Part shown: positions 45,466 to 58,031 of the stretch, piece by piece
Layout of the letters: the number at the start of each line of letters is the position of its first letter
Position numbering within the stretch: the first letter of the stretch is position 1
Position numbers and translations under genes: made by a program
Assembly (NCBI RefSeq): GCF_001194135.2
Contig: NC_068984.1
Location: 108,352,207 to 108,416,206, forward strand
Source of the DNA: Octopus bimaculoides
Lineage: Eukaryota
DNA: 64,000 nucleotides
Direction of reading: 5' to 3'
Notes under the pieces: generated by a model
What the model was told of the DNA's origin: nothing
What the model saw: only the letters and a program-made list of their open reading frames with translations
The model's database searches: none

Positions 45466-48400
45466 TCTTTGTTGATCACTATACTTTTAATGTCTACCTT
45501 TCCACACTGCGAAACCACCTAAGAGTGCATTACAAATTTAAGGTCATTTCATATACCAGAACATGTACTGTTGGAATATAGGTTCAATACTAGATTCATT
45601 TGAAGTCCACATTATCACAAGGAACATGTTACTTGGCAGTATGTACTCAACATATTTCACTGGCTTCGTTTACAGTAGTGTCTTGACAAAAGGCAAGATC
45701 CCAACTTATTCTTTGCAATTATAATTCTAACATTTATTTATACTAAATAATTTATACTAATTTTGCCTAATTTATACTAAAGAAATAATAAAAAATGAGG
45801 ATATGAGGTTTTTGGAAGTTTGTAAGGAAGTATTGTTTCAATCACTCTCTTCAAAGACTCCAAATTCCTTTAGAGAATTTCTAGAAGAAAATGCTTAGTT
45901 AGGAGCATAAACAGTATAAAAAAAAAAAATTAAAAAAAACATTAAACCCTTCAAATTTGTGTTAAATTATGAAAGACTTTTGATGTAACTCATATCACTA
46001 GATGCAGGTGTGACAGTATGGTTAAAAAGCAACTTCCCAACGATGCAATCTTGGGTTCACTTAGGCAATTCTACCAGAGTCAAGAACTGTCCAAAGCCGT
46101 GTGAGTGGATTCAATAGACAGAAACTGGAAGAAACTAATTTTGTTCCTGGTCTTTCATGAAAAACCTGTCTGGCCATGGGAAAATACAAACCATGTTTGG
46201 AAACATGGATTGGTAACAGGAAGAGCATCTGGCCATAGAAAATTTGCTTCAACAAATTTTGTCTGACCCATACAATCGTGGAAAAGTGGGTTTTCAATGA
46301 TGATATTTTAATAAAGCACACATAAAATCTTTAATTAACATACATCATTTGCTAGTGTTTTGTAGTCTCCTGTGTGTTCCGTCAACAAAAATTGCCATCT
46401 TATATTGTTTCCAGTTTTTATATATGAATGAGTTAGTCTTTTGATAATAGATATTTTGATAACTTGCAAGAAATTCTCAAACTATGGTAAGATATTAACT
46501 TTTTCAGCTGACATTCCTGTGCAAACCATAATGTTTAACTTTTACGAGAGTGGTAGATAAAACCAACTTCATAAAACGTAACAAGTTATCTCCACCATCC
46601 TTTCTTTCTTGTTGAGGTAGCCATGTATCTTGACAGCAAGACACCTATTCTTGTCCTTAATACTTTAGCCTCTCAACTCTTGGCACAAAGCCAGGTCCCT
46701 CAATACTGCACGTCCACTTTGGCAAAGAGTCTTGTATATTACTTTGTAACCTCACTAGTGCTGGTGCTATAAAAACAAAAAAAAAGCAACCTATAGCATT
46801 CAGTAGTCAGCATTAGGAAAGAAATCCAGCTGTAGGAAGCATGCCAAAACAGGTAGAATATTTGGAACTAATAAAGGCCAGTTTAAATGCTAAAGGGTTA
46901 AGAACCAGTCCGCTTGCTGGATCCTTATAATTAAACCATACCCAGCATAACCACAATCCAATAACTGAAACCAGTAAAATGATACATAAGCCCTGACATC
47001 ACATGGTCATTGTAAATGAGTGGCATTATAATGCAAGCACTGTATGTGAAAACATGTTTGGACATGGTGAAATATTTATGTTGGAAACAGGTGAGGATTG
47101 GCAACAGGAAGGGCATCCAGCCACAGAAAATTTGCTTCAATACATTCCAACCCATGCAAGTAGATGTTAAAATGATAAAATACTAGATTGAACCCACAGA
47201 CATTTATTTTGCACAAGATTCAAACAGTCAACTGCTACTCTTTTGTGGCTGAGTAAAGCCACACTGTAGACTATAGCTGATTATACTGACCCCAATGCTT
47301 ATAAACTTTGGGAGATGAAAGGCAAAGTGGAAGCTGATCTCAGAAACATAGATGCATCCATGTAACAAAAGCCATTTTCTCCTAGGCTCAACCAATTTTG
47401 CTATCAGAACTACTTTGATATAAAAAAACAAAAACAACTATCAAGCTTCTTTCATTATGTGTCTAGAGAGATTTCCAATTTGATAACAATTCAAACAATA
47501 TTTAAGTTGCCTAGATGACTAAATTCAAGTACCATTTACAGTAAATTGTAGTTCAATAAGCTGAAAGAACTCATACCAATAAAATGCACAGGCAATTTCG
47601 ACTGAAATACTGATTTACACAAACTACTCTAGCAACACCATTGTTTGTTGTTTTCACCTACACCGTATTGAACCTGTACTGCTTTCTTCAGGATACAAGC
47701 ACCTCAATGTCGGTAATGTTTGAGACAAGTTCTCTGTTGTAGATTTCAAACTGATCTGAGCAGTTAGAGTTCTGAAATGCCTTAAAGGGAAAAGTATACA
47801 TGCTTTCTTCATCAGCATGTAATGTCTAGTTTTCCAGGCTTGCATGGGTTAGACAATGCGTTGAGGCAGATTTGCTCTTCCTATTGCCAAACCCCACCTC
47901 TTTCCTTGCAAGGTCATGTTTTGCACAGAAGACTGGAAATGAAGATTGCTTGTATCATAATAATGTTCATTTCCAGCCATCACACAAGACAAGGATGCAT
48001 ACACACACATTTATATACATGAACTTCGTTTCCATCTACCAAATCCTCGGTCAGCCTGGGCTATAGTAAAAACCACTTGTCCATGGTGCCATGCAACAGG
48101 ATTGAACCTGAAACCATATGGTTGGGAAGCAAGCTTCTTAACCATGTAACCACACCTGCCTCTTAAGAAAATACATATCAAAATGTTTTACTGAAACTAA
48201 GCATTCCTTAGCATCTCCATGCAAACTTAAAACTCTTTCAGTAGACAAACTTGTCTTTTGGGAAATGGTTTTTCGCTGGACCAATGACATTGATTTAACA
48301 ACCAACTATTTACCTTGGAAAACACATACCAAGCATTATTACTGGACTGTATTGGCATTGGTATTTAATTTTAGCATCAATCATTTTTAATATATCAAAT

Positions 48401-49178
48401 AAATTGCTCTAAGAGGTATAAAAGTAAGAATACATACAAATGTGTTTCAATTAACTACGATAGTAAATAACAAGGAATGGTTGTTACGAGAATTATTCTA
48501 TAGAGCGACGTTCACTCCCTTTTTTGTTGTTTCGAGTTATTTTTAGCCAATAAGTGAAGATTGCACACTATCTAACAACCAAAACATTAAGAAACTGGAT
48601 GGAGCTGGAAGCAGTCCAAAGATCATATCATGAAAGTCAATACGTTCTCCCTATATTTACATTATTTTGATACAAGACACATGAAAAACAAGATCCACCC
48701 TAAAGCCTCAGGGGTAAAAAAAATACTACGTTTCTCAAACTCACAGGGGCAGTCGATTTAATTCGTGTTCAATACGACTTCTTGTCGGAGGAAAACATGA
48801 GGTTTAGAGAAGCAGGATCAAGTAAAATTAGAAGTGCTTAAAATATTATAAACGAATCATATCACTTGTAACAAGAAATTAAAATTCGGGGATCTTTTCA
48901 GAGAGGTATGAAAACTACTAACACCCCCAAAATCTAATGTAACCAGTTATGTTTACACTTTATTGAGTAGAGATCCTCGGAAAATGAATGCAAGCACACA
49001 CTATAGAAAGTTCGGTATATCCAATCGGTTATGTCCATATGGTAGATAATGACCTCTGACCAACGCTAAACGAAAATAATTCATTCGGTCTGATCGCCAA
49101 CACCCAGCTAACCCATCAAAGATGGATGGCACCGTTATGGCAGGCAGGTTGGCATCGCCGCCGACAACCGACACGAGG

Positions 49179-49220
<42 letters not shown>

Positions 49221-52200
49221 TGTGTGTGTGTGTGCGCATTGTCGAAATATCACTCTTTAACAACACATATCTATTGAAAGCCTACATGAGTTTCAAATAC
49301 TATCGATATATTTAAGTTCTATAATAATCCAGAGAGGATAAGTAAAATATATCATAACCACAAATGTTAAGACTTTCAACAAAACAATCACTTATATTCC
49401 AATTTTATTATTATCCTATATAGTAATTACAGTTTAATTTATATGTGCTAAGTTAAATCAACGATACATACAGACAGCAATCTTAAAACTGAAGTCCAAA
49501 CCTCCAGATCAATTTTCATTTCGAAGACAGAAAATTGAAATGTTATAGATAACAAATCAATTTATCCATCCTCTCGCTAACACTGAAAATTTATTTGCAT
49601 ATATTTTAAATTATTATTTCATTTAATGCTGTAAATTTGAAAGAAACCTTCACGACTATATTTTGAAGTTTCATTTTCTTTTTTTCGTCGTAGAAAAAAA
49701 AAATCCTAAGACACCAGTTTTGTAACGCATAATGGGTATTTCTCCTTGGCTATTAGAAATATGTGTAAAACGTCAAAAAAGGAAAAAACTAAACGAAGAA
49801 AGGTTGATTAAGAATTTCAGCTAGGGTTTTGTACCATGTGGCAAAAAGAAATGGCCGCCACCATTTGTGTAATGAAATATGTCAGTTGCAGTTACCACAT
49901 TTCATTAATAAACTGACCGTTCATTATTGATCTAATATAGATAATAACAGCACTAAGTAGGATAATGTAATAAATGTGGCGAAGGCTGTTTCCTCTAGAC
50001 AACCTTGAACCTTGCCTCCACGTGTAAGATCGAACAATATTTACAGTCAACACACTAACTACAAGAAACCAACGATATTTTATAGTTGTGAAAAAGAGAC
50101 CAGAGTTAAGAGTTCTAAAAAGATAAACACGGAGCAGTTAACCCTCATTAAAATCACGTCAGAGCAAAAAAAAAACACACAGAGAGAAGGTCACATTCGA
50201 TCAGACAGGAATAAGATACACCGAAGGACAGGATGGCTATGGCCGGAACGCTCTTTGTCAAAGCTAGGTTGTCTTATCGAACAGGATTGACATGGAGCAA
50301 TATGGATAACTTTTAGGTGGGCCAAGGTTTAAAGTGAAAATCGAGAAACGAAATTCCTGAAACTCTGTTCACTCGAGACTGAACACACGCAAAATACGAA
50401 ACAAACTATATTAGTCTCATACCCATTCACTTCTAATGTGTGTGTGTGTGTGTGTGTGTAAATATATATATATATATGAATAAGTATGAAATAGAATATG
50501 CGCTAACACTGTAGATCATAACAGTAAAAGAGGAGGGGAAAATTATTAAATTCCAAAAATATAAACCAGTGGCCGAAACGAAACGAAAAAAAGCAATGTC
50601 GAAAATAGTTAAATTGTTAAAAAATAAAACACCAAATCAATTACATAAACCCCACCACAAACCCAATTTCTCTAGAAAAAAACTGTTCATCGCAATTTAT
50701 ATATATATATATGACAAAGAATACTACTGCTGGTTACATTCTATAAATTATATAATTGATTTCTAAAGACAAGGCCTCAAATTATGAGAGGGAGGTCCTT
50801 TCGACGAATCAAGCTAGACAACTATTTTTATTTGCCAACACAGACCGCCACTACTTCCCTAATATTTAACTACTGCTCCGTTTTGTGTGTGTAAAAAATT
50901 GTTGGTGAGCTAAACTTATTTAGATCCGAGGTCACCAAGATCTATTGTGACCGAAGCAGTGCTGTTAAACAAAATAATTTAACGAGTACTTTAATCTTGT
51001 ATATGTGAAAGAAACAAACACAAGAACATTACACATACAAATATATCGCACACGCAAATTAGAGCAAGAGGAGGAGGGGTAGAACGAGATTTCAAGTGGT
51101 ACTTTATATTATCGAACCCGGAAGAACGGAAGGAAAAAAAAATCGATCCATGCGGGAATTGAACTCAAAACGTCAAGACATCTAAACGTATAGCAAACCA
51201 TTGGAGAGGGGGGGAGGTTCTACAGGTTTGCTCGCTCTGCTAGAAAAAGCAACCGATTATTCCTCAAACTACACTCCTACCGTCTAAGCAAAAGGACACA
51301 TTGTATAATGTAGTACTACAAATACTCTACGAGAAAAAAAAATGTGGACTGGTCAGGGCTAGACAGCTTTTTAAACACAGTTGTGTCAATCAGGGAACAT
51401 GATGAGGGGCTAAATAAGGAATGTATCACTAGGCTCGGCTACGCCCTTTTATATTAGTAGTCTTGGCGGGATTTGAAATCATAATGCAAATGACATGCAT
51501 AATAAAACATGGGAACTTTAAAAATAAATAATTAAAAAATGGAGGGGAAGAGGACAGAATAATTGCCAAAATTTAATATCTCTCGACTCTGTAAAGAGTT
51601 TACTGAGTTTTTTTTGTTTCGTTTGGCTTTTTTTTTTTTTTTTACAGACGTTTCGGAGGATTATTCTAGAGAAAATATATTTCGATTATACTAGTTCCTT
51701 GCTGATATATGTCTATATTAAAAAAATATTACGCATTTACTTTCCATGCGGCAACCAACCCATTTACAATTTAGTGTGTGTGTATATGAACACAAATATA
51801 AATTAGTAAAAAGATATGGCACACACATATCTCAAACTTTTCCAGCTGTTTGAAACAAAAATTACCTTGAGTAAAACTTGGAGGGAGAACAAAAGTGAAT
51901 ATATCAGAGTAATTTAGAGACGATTTGAGAAAAAAAAAAAACAGGAATAAGAAATGATTAAGAAAACAATCCGTCTCTTATAGATTGATATCTTATTTCA
52001 CAGGGCACGAAAATGTCTGTTGAAATGTACAACACTCGTTAACGAAGAAGGCCTATATGTGGTTGCTAGAAATAACAGCTAAATATCCTTCAAGTAATAT
52101 ACAGTCTTAAAAAATACTTTGAATAATGTATTCATATAAAATATATCGTAATAAAATCTGAGATGGTCACAACTGGAAAATTCTTTGATCACAGATCGGT

Positions 52201-52369
52201 CTACTTACTGGATAAGAGGGCCAAAGCAACTAAATCAGACCTTTTTCTACAAATTCAAAACCAAAGAGAAAAAAAAATCGAAGTCTCTGCAATATATTTA
52301 AAATAGTCTACCATTACATATTAATAGCTTATATACTTAATTCCTACGTAAATCCACCACACAACCCAT

Positions 52370-52403
<34 letters not shown>

Positions 52404-53135
52404 CCTTTAAAGTTTATACATAACTCTGGATTGCAATAAATTATTCCACAGGGATTGAGGTACATGTGCACCTCTAGCCGAATCTATGTGTGTGTGTGTA
52501 TATATATATGTGTTTGTGTGTTCTCATTGAGAACTAAAGATCAGTTAGATTAGGTTTATATCGGGTTCATGATTATTTTTTATATTTTATAAACTAGTAC
52601 AAAAGTTCAGAGCAAGATAAGGAAACCGCATGAGAAAAAAAAAACATACATACACGTGTGCATACGTATATTTTATATGCATATATTTATATGTATAAAT
52701 ACGCACATCTATGTACCTATATTCACGTGTATATCTATATATACATGCATGTATGTACATACGTGTGCACATCTGTTAAGATGTATATATAATAAACTAT
52801 GTATATAATGTCTTATATATATACGTGCGCGTAAATTGTGATCTCCCATAGACAAGCATGTGAGTGTATATATTACATACACACACTCAACGGATTGTGG
52901 AGGGTTGCACACCATATAATACCTAGAGCTTGATGCAAGAAGCTTTAAAAAATGATAAGATAAAAAGAAACCATGTGTTAGATGTTCGTATATTTCTTAG
53001 CCAATGTCCTGACCATGGCACTTACACATATACATACGCACACACATATATATATACACACACACATGTAATAGACCAGTGTAAAGGGCAGAGCAAGGAA
53101 ATGAGACATCATTGAGATAGTAAATTAGAAATAAC

Positions 53136-53318
53136 CTGGCTCTGGCTGTGTCCTCCATCCAATTGTGAAGCCTGCGTCTGGGATTGGGTCTGAGAGGGCA
53201 GCGTGAAGTCTGTAAAGTAAAAGTCTGATCCTTGTGTGTCGGCACCCAAATGATCGGTTTCTTCAGTATCTAAGAAGGAAAGGGTTTGAGAATTTGGGCC
53301 GTACGTGTCAACACTCAT
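53136..53318 (-). CDS. UPF1: UPF1 coding exon 1 ([20 protein letters not shown]...GGHSQSQ, 61 aa)
   Basis: Start context GTCGCCATG; matches the recalled metazoan UPF1 N-terminus ([19 protein letters not shown]); donor CAG|GTTATT, phase 0. Confidence 0.93.
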
Positions 53319-54202
53319 GGCGACTTAATTGCAGGAAGAGAAATAACAAAAAAAAAAAAATTTCTTCGCAGATTTTTTAAACTGTACTTTTCTTGCGTGT
53401 CTTTTCTTCTTATTCTCGGGTTCGAGCATAAACCCATCACACAGAAAATATAAGCGCAGAAGGAAGAGAAATTATATTGAAATATTGAAAGGTTGCTTGA
53501 AAATACATGGCGTATTTCATAAATATGCCTGTTCAAGTATCATATAAGCATGAAACTATTAGTAGCAATTTCAGTTGAGTATTAAACTGATATATATATG
53601 TATGTGTGTGTGTGTGTGTGTGTGTGTACTGAATCTGGTCAGTAAATTTCTGATTTGTCTTCTTATCTTATCTTGGAGCAGTTAGTATTTAGCTTCACAG
53701 CAATATATTTGTGTGTGTGAATGTATGTGTGTGTGTGTGTATATATCTATAGCTGGATATACACACACAGAGGCACAAATGTGTGACTATATATATATGG
53801 ATGTGTGTATTGTGGGTGTTAGGTGAATGTGGTTAGCGATTTTTCCAATTTGTTTTTCTTCTTCTTGTGTATATATATGAGAGTGTGCTGTAGCAAATTT
53901 TGGTTATCTTGGAGCAGTTAAATATATTGTTTTGTTTGTTTTTGAATTCAGTGGCGTTCCGCAGAGGCACAACCCTTTCTACAGCTGAATGTTGACGTCA
54001 TAATACTCATCAATCAGTGACGTCGTCGAAACATGTGCCCATACAGTGATGACGTAGCCACCGTCTAACATTCACCTCGAGCCACCGAGTCTCTTTAGAA
54101 GAAAGTTGTTTGTTTGCGTGTATGTATGTTTTTCCTTCTACTTCACATATCTTCCACATTCAGCTGAAGCAACGAGACAGCTAAACTCGATCATATCTGA
54201 TG
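53319..54202. promoter_or_regulatory. Putative bidirectional promoter between UPF1 and a plus-strand gene
   Basis: Head-to-head arrangement. TGACGTCA (53993-54000), TGACGTCG (54018-54025) and TGACGTAG (54050-54057). CpGs retained. Pyrimidine-rich, TCT-like candidate initiator on the minus strand near 53468. Confidence 0.6.
54070..54202 (+). other. Putative 5' non-coding exon of the divergent gene (left boundary uncertain)
   Basis: Strong donor GATG|GTAAGT at 54202/54203, just downstream of the CRE cluster. An acceptor-like pyrimidine tract plus CAG at 54161-54163 could instead make this a 39-nt internal exon. Confidence 0.5.
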
Positions 54203-55739
54203 GTAAGTTTACTTCTAATAAATATTACAACATAGCGTTTTATTAGTAAGGATTAAAACGAATATAGGTTTTAGAGTCCCTCTTTTATCGATTATAAGAG
54301 GGACATAAGTTATATGTTGGTTCAATATATTATCGTATTTATGTATTAAATTTTGGCTAAAAACAAACAAACAATGAGTGTAACTCATTAAAAGTAATTA
54401 AGAATACCCTCGAAGTATACTCTTCCCGTTTTAGTTGAAACCTTCTTCCGGAAGGTAAACCACACCTCGTCTCTGAAGTATAGTGGGGCATGGCATTTTC
54501 ACTTTTGTGTTTTCATTCCGTGATAAATATTAACCGAAACGAGAGGTTACAAACAATTTTTTTTACCCCGTTATTTTAGATATTTATCAGCTTTCTATGT
54601 GTGTGTGTGTGTGTGTGTGTGTGAAGATATATATACACGCACACATGAATTCTCCCTTTTCTGTTAAAAAACAAAATAGACGCACTCTGTGAACTTGTCC
54701 ATTTGAAACGCTAAATTCAACTGTATCTATCCCTTCTTGACCTATCTTATCTCAATTTATCTATCCATCGACTTTGAAGTTTCACCGGCAGCAGCTTCTC
54801 GGACCCTTCACTCACACTGAGTTTTTTTTTCCCCCACCAGCGAATGTTATTTACTCTTTTTAATCCAATTTTAAAAACACATTTTATATATAGGTTATCT
54901 TTCGATAAAGTGAAACTGTTTTCATCGGCAATCTCCGAGAAAAAAATTTTATAAACTTAAAGAATGCTGATTTGACCTGTATCCCATCCATATTTACATC
55001 AGCTATATATCTACATATTTCTCGGTGTTCGCCGAAAAGTAAACTGACTTCTAAAAAATTATCTTAGAATTATAAAGGAAAAAATGTTTTGAGCTTTATT
55101 CCTCAAATAGAACTTGCCTCTTGAACCTCATTGGTTTATTTGCTATATAAGGCTTAGCCTGTCGCCCTGTTTAACACCATCAGCAGGCACCTAAGAGGAG
55201 TCCCACTATTGCCAGTATACGGGACAGGTATTTAGTTTGAGGATATCTCTAATGAATTTCGAAGACCCTCTAGAAGCTCAGGGTCACTGCCAGTCTCCTG
55301 GCTAAAAAAGACAAAAGTTTAATGATATAAAAAAAAAACTGAAGCGTAATTTTCTTTCATTTTGTATGTGTGAGCTTGTGTCTGTGTAAAATTCGCTTTT
55401 CATTTAGAGGTTCGGGGTTCAATACCACTACGCGGCATCTTAAATATTCCACTGTAGCTCTTGTTGACCAAAACTTTATGAATAAAAATTATTTGCACGT
55501 GTGTGTAATTAAAAGAGCGAACTCACTGTGACAGTCTCAAAGTTGGCCCTTAAGAAGTGTAATTCTCTGTGGAATACTCAGCTACTTGCATTATATAATT
55601 CGGCGAAATGGTACTGTCATTGATGGAACCACTAAAATCCTCATTCATTGAAAATGAGAAGTCCATTCATCTATTTATGTGCTTCTAATTTGAAAGATTA
55701 CGTTTGTCACATAACTACTGTCTTGAGTAAAATGCTTAA

Positions 55740-57408
55740 TTTTTACTGTTAAACCGTACGAGAATTAAATTCCAGATCTTAGCCATTAGAGTAGTTTCAC
55801 AACACTGCCAATGTCTGAGCTTCATATCTTGCTTCAGGTATTTCTTCTAAATCATCTTCAATATCTCTGAGTGTATTTTGAATGCAGTTATATCCATCAA
55901 CAAGAGTTTCAACAGCATCAGCTCTTGCTGACCAACGAGTTTCGGACTAGGTCTTCAAAGTTAATTCTCCTATTTCCTTCCAATGGTTTCATTGAATTTG
56001 CCCATCTGTGTGTCAATGCAGCAAAAAAGTGTATACCTTTTGTATGAAGCCAATATAGCCAACAGCTTCAACAGAGTAAGATGCACTATCATGTCCAAAA
56101 AGATCCAATAAATTACCAGCACAGGAAATGAAAATTGTAACCAAGTTCTTTTCCTTAAGTCTGGCTCATATTGCTGTGTAGTGATTGGCTATATTACTGG
56201 TGCTGTCATAGGACTGTCCTGCAGTCTTCAAAATTTATACTGTATTTTTAAAGAAATTCTAAGACAGATGTGGCCAATGCTCCAGAACCAGTCTGCAGGA
56301 AAGTTACAAGCTTTTCTATTGGCCTCTCAGAAACAGCATAATGCATAATCATTTTTTTCTTCACTGTTCCCCCCACCACCAATCATTAAAGCCAATCTTG
56401 TTAGAGAACTTGTCATGGGGCTTGACATCATAGTACAGTATAAGCAATAACCTGCACTCCATTGATGGGCTGTACAGGATCCACTTTCTCAGATGCTGCC
56501 TACCATGACTACAAATAGTATAGAATATTAAATTTTTAAAATAATGACAGTGCCCATCCATTTTGCCTTTTTTTAATTTTTTTTTTTTATAATGATGTCA
56601 AGATTCTGGGTTCTGAAAGAATGTGGATGCATACTTTTTCTCTGGCAGAAAGCTACCTTCTTTGGTCTAAATCTCAAGCTGGCACTTGGCTGTCCATATC
56701 AATAGGATGCAGTGATTCTTCATCTTCAATATCTTGAGTTAATATCTTCTATTTTTTGTAGATGCACTTGGGAGTGCAGCTAGTATCTTAAAAGAAACTT
56801 CTATTACTGATTCTTTATTAGCTTCTAAGTTTCTTCTTTTTTTTTTAAGCAAAGGAAAAGTATGCAAGATGATGTCTTTTGCCAGTACTTTAGCATTTTT
56901 TCACTTCTTTCTTTGGAATTTTTTTTTTTTTTGTGATGTCTGAATATACTATGGTATGTTGGATATTCTGTGTGAAAATATAATCTAAATAAAAGTGAAA
57001 AGAAAATATTCTCAAATATAAAAGAGGAACTGACAAAAGCCATGTAAACTCACTTTGTTTAATCTAGCCACAGGCATACTAAGCTGGACTGTTATTCTTA
57101 CATTTGACACAGATAAGTAGGCCTACAGCCAAAATAAATCAAATGTTGATAGAAAAGAGTTCAAGTGATTTACAACAAATCAAAGATTATAGATTTTGTT
57201 TTTCATAGTTACTTTTTCTCCATCCAGCTGCTTGTTTTATTCCCAAAGGATTTAAAGCTGGTTTTGGACAACTAGATAGTAGATACTTTACAGTTGAGTA
57301 ATTGGTATCACTAAAGTGGAGAAAATGTATTTTTAAAGGCAAGTTCTCCCTGATATTTGAGGAGGCCCAGAGCAATTGCTCCTTTTGCCCCCTTTAAATT
57401 CAACTATG
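55740..57408 (-). mobile_element. hAT-superfamily transposon relic (ZMYM1-like/TTF zinc-finger type)
   Basis: Reverse-strand remnants RKWILYSPS...GFNDW (TTF-type finger), GQSYDSTSN and SETRWSARADAV with stops; terminus-like CATAGTTGAATTTAAAGGGGGC at 57408. Left end not located. Confidence 0.7.
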
Positions 57409-57669
57409 ATTATACTCTTATTGGTGTTAATGTGTCTAACACTGCAACACAATGCAAACACATCAAGTGTGACCAAATATCAGTATATTGGGGTTCACAT
57501 TCACTAATATTCAGACCCACAAGTGTATATATGGCACAACCACGCTTCATCAAAATTATTTGTTGAAACAACAGACAATGTATGTGAACCTATGTTTATT
57601 TGCCAACGGCTTTCGATATGTGTATAAATATGTAGGGGATGCTATTAGTATGAGCTATATACAACCTAA

Positions 57670-58031
57670 GGAGGCGCAATGGCCTAGTGGTTAGGGCAGC
57701 AGACTCGTGGTCATAGGATCGCGGTTTCGATTCCCGGACAGGGCATTGTGAGTGTTTATTGAGCGAAAACACCTAAAGCTCCACGAGGCTCCGGCAGGGG
57801 ATGGTGGCGAACCCTGCTGTACTCATTCACCACAACTTTCTCTCACTCTTTCTTCCTGTTTCTGTTGTNNNNNNNNNNGCCGTGTCACGCTGAATATCCC
57901 CGAGAACTACGTTAAGGGTACAGGTGTCTGTGGAGTGCTCAGCCACTTGCATGTTAATTTCACGAGCAGGCTGTTCCGTTGATCGGATCAACTGGAACCC
58001 TCGACGTCGTAAGTGACAGAGTGCCAACAAC
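57670..58031 (+). mobile_element. tRNA-derived SINE, family A (GGAGGCGCAATGGCCTAGTGG head, ...GCCAACAACA tail)
   Basis: A/B-box-like head; target-site duplication ATACAACCTAA on both sides. Comparable to the described octopus OK/OR SINEs, but family not assigned. Confidence 0.85.

Noticed and set aside
47692-47712. Plus-strand 21-nt micro-exon-like segment (CTTTCTTCAG|...|GTAATG)
   Set aside because: There is no plus-strand gene context here, and such signals arise by chance.
49092-49156. Possible stem-loop (GATCGCCAAC...GTTGGCATC)
   Set aside because: The stem is short and the interior poorly paired; it matches no known ncRNA, miRNA or SECIS pattern I can support.
50012-50290. 92-aa ORF in the CpG-retaining region
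   Set aside because: Non-ATG start, no recognisable homology and no convincing splice sites.
53437-53536. Upstream part of the 73-aa ORF 53315-53536
   Set aside because: Probably upstream of the candidate TSS; only the downstream ATGs were treated as possible uORF starts.
57670-57745. tRNA-like sequence (also at about 31430-31505, 36050-36122 and 41990-42059)
   Set aside because: These are SINE heads continuing into a SINE body with TSDs, not tRNA genes.
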